This document shows positions 62,382 to 64,000 of a DNA stretch of 64,000 nt, piece by piece. The notes beneath the pieces were generated by a model. The model searched no databases. It was not told the DNA's origin and worked only from the letters and a program-made list of their open reading frames with translations. The position numbers were made by a program, and so were the translations under genes. The DNA comes from Patescibacteria group bacterium (GTDB taxonomy: Bacteria; Patescibacteriota; Microgenomatia; UBA1400; PJMF01). The stretch is taken from NCBI GenBank assembly GCA_045541795.1, contig JAZQJV010000018.1, forward strand, positions 118,236-182,235, in the 5' to 3' direction. Position 1 is the first letter of the stretch. Each line of letters starts with the position of its first letter.

Positions 62382-63368
62382 GTGAAAAAAGTGATCTGGG
62401 CAGCATTGATTTTAGGTTTGGTCGTAGTTTTTGGCGGATTCTTTGGTCTGGTGTGGTATGTGCAAGCTCTATTTGCTCCCATCAATCCTGCCGACCAGAC
62501 AGAAATTCACTATGTGGTGGCAAAGGGTAGCTCACTGGGGGCGGTGGCCGCTGATCTGGAAGCTCAAGGCATTGTCAAGAGTGCGGAAGGCTTGCGGCTT
62601 TATGCCCGGATTTTCCATGTGGGCGATAGCGTCCAGGCTGGAGAGCATATCTTGCATCGCAGTGATGATGCCGCCGGGATTATCTCGAGCCTAGAAATGC
62701 CACCCGCTCAGGTGACGTTTACCATTTTGCCCGGGTGGCGGCGTGAAGAAATCGCTGCTTATCTGAGCACTGCTGGTTTGAGCGAATTTGATGACAAGCA
62801 GTTTTTGGCGCTCACTGCCGATCTGGAAGGTCAGCTCATGCCCGAAACCTACAAAATTGCTCCCTTGAGTGATACAGCGACCATCGTGGATGTGCTCCAT
62901 GGACAATTTGTACACGACATCCTAGAAAACCCCGAGCTGCAGCCACAGTTTGCCGCCTCCAGCTATAGTCAAAATGAAATCATTACTCTCGCCTCCTTGC
63001 TCCAGCGCGAGGGCAAATCTCTATCCGAAATGAAAATGATCGCCGGGATCTTGTATTCCCGTCTGGAAGACCATTATCCGCTTCAGCTGTGCGCTAGTGC
63101 GCAATACGCCACGGGTCAAGACAGTGAGAGTGGCAAATGGTGGGAACCGCCCACCCTGGCCGATACTCAGTTTGACTCACCATACAATACTTACGTCAAC
63201 AAGGGGCTGCCACCAGGGCCGATCAGTACTGTCAGCGTGGATGCCGTGCGCGCCGCTCTGGATCCCACGCCGAGTGACTATTATTACTATTTACATGATA
63301 GTGATGGGCAGATTCACTATGCCACCACGCTTGATGGTCACGAACGTAATAAAAGTTTATATTTATAG
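62382..63368 (+). CDS. mltG: endolytic murein transglycosylase MltG (YceG family)
   Basis: LPGWRREEIA, EGQLMPETY, LASLLQREG, YNTY...GLPPGPIS. Confidence 0.85.
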   Translation: MKKVIWAALILGLVVVFGGFFGLVWYVQALFAPINPADQTEIHYVVAKGSSLGAVAADLEAQGIVKSAEGLRLYARIFHVGDSVQAGEHILHRSDDAAGIISSLEMPPAQVTFTILPGWRREEIAAYLSTAGLSEFDDKQFLALTADLEGQLMPETYKIAPLSDTATIVDVLHGQFVHDILENPELQPQFAASSYSQNEIITLASLLQREGKSLSEMKMIAGILYSRLEDHYPLQLCASAQYATGQDSESGKWWEPPTLADTQFDSPYNTYVNKGLPPGPISTVSVDAVRAALDPTPSDYYYYLHDSDGQIHYATTLDGHERNKSLYL

Positions 63369-63370
63369 TC

Positions 63371-64000
63371 ATGAAAAAAACCGTCTTGGCACTCGTTTTT
63401 TCGCTTACATGGGTAAGCAGCGTGCAGGCGGCCGAATTTGACGCGGATTTACAGGCGGAGTATAGTTTTGCACCCAGTAGTCCGGCTAAAGTTACCCTTG
63501 ATTATACCCTGACCAACACCAACGCTGCCGTCTTTGTCCAAAATTACCAGGTGATTTTGCCTGGCAGCGCGGCCAGTATTGTCGTCCAAAACAAAGACGA
63601 GGATATTACGAAAGAAGTGCATACCGATCACGATCGGCAGGTTTTAGACCTCGCTTTTCAAAATGATACCGTGGGTCAAGGCAAAAAAAGAAAGTTTGCC
63701 CTTGAATACATAGACAGCAAGCTCCTCGGGCGCCGGGGCGGCAGTCAGCTGATCCGGATCCCAGCTCTTGAAGGCTACGAAAACCTCACAACGTACAAAA
63801 CTATCGTCCGCTTGCCGCTAGGCTTTGGCAGCCCAGATCTACTCACCCCGCAGCCGAGTAAGGTGGGCACGGCTTCTGGGCAACTGGTATATACCTTTGA
63901 CCAAAAAGACGGCCAGACGATTAATATCGGTTTTGGGCAAAAACAAGTCCTCCAGTTTAATTACGAGCGGATCTTGACCAACCTCAGTAATTATCCGGCC
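63371..64000 (+). CDS. secreted hypothetical protein, 5' partial view (runs off the window)
   Basis: Not in the track because no stop lies within the window. ATG at 63371, signal peptide MKKTVLALVFSLTWVSSVQA, open to position 64000 (210 codons, hand translated). Confidence 0.6.
   Translation, partial: MKKTVLALVFSLTWVSSVQAAEFDADLQAEYSFAPSSPAKVTLDYTLTNTNAAVFVQNYQVILPGSAASIVVQNKDEDITKEVHTDHDRQVLDLAFQNDTVGQGKKRKFALEYIDSKLLGRRGGSQLIRIPALEGYENLTTYKTIVRLPLGFGSPDLLTPQPSKVGTASGQLVYTFDQKDGQTINIGFGQKQVLQFNYERILTNLSNYPA

Noticed and set aside
1-64000. Alternative genetic code (UGA recoding, as in some CPR lineages)
   Set aside because: Well-conserved genes such as comFC and nusA terminate at TGA at the expected length, and all housekeeping ORFs are intact under code 11.

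Overview
Everything below was read by eye from the sequence and the ORF track; nothing was computed or searched. The window looks like a chromosomal segment from a reduced-genome bacterium using the standard genetic code. Long housekeeping ORFs read through cleanly, and comFC and nusA both end in TGA. The gene content suggests a CPR/Patescibacteria (Saccharibacteria-like) organism, but this is inference. That content includes small TrbC/VirB2-like pilin genes, several GT-C membrane glycosyltransferases, a GH57/glycogen-synthase cassette, a short IF-2, extended ribosomal proteins, an ATP-dependent DNA ligase and many leaderless genes.

Layout:
- 1-9500: a visibly AT-richer accessory region. It holds an orphan promoter-to-terminator unit, a uvrA relic, and two convergent two-gene modules, each led by a YhcG/DUF1016 PD-(D/E)xK nuclease paralog. 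One module pairs it with an AlbA_2/Schlafen-like protein, the other with a Shedu-like DUF4263 nuclease. After these come a frameshifted zinc-ribbon/TM2 gene, a secreted thermonuclease with two Excalibur domains, an Ltp-repeat protein and a TfoX-N protein.
- 9.5-23.9 kb: envelope glycosylation genes, a GH3 hydrolase, the infA-rpmJ-rpsM-rpsK-rpsD-rpoA-rplQ-rplM-rpsI block, the ATP-dependent ligase, a GT4 and tRNA-Glu(UUC).
- 23.9-28.3 kb: an unusual acyltransferase-like/ThiF-like fusion protein, divergent from an acyl-AMP/CoA ligase, followed by an orphan receiver domain.
- 28.3-40 kb: comFC, dnaG, rpsT, lepA, an acetyltransferase, a strongly structured ~200-nt non-coding element, a glycine-rich secreted protein, and infB-nusA.
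- 40-50 kb: a second pilin-like gene fused in an operon with a 1190-aa Cys-rich surface protein, then two more GT-C enzymes.
- 50-64 kb: eno, gpmI, a surface-polysaccharide operon, a glycogen cassette flanked by a duplicated consensus promoter, and mltG.

I found no CRISPR array, rRNA, integrase or transposase. All domain calls rest on motif-level recognition and need HMM or BLAST confirmation.
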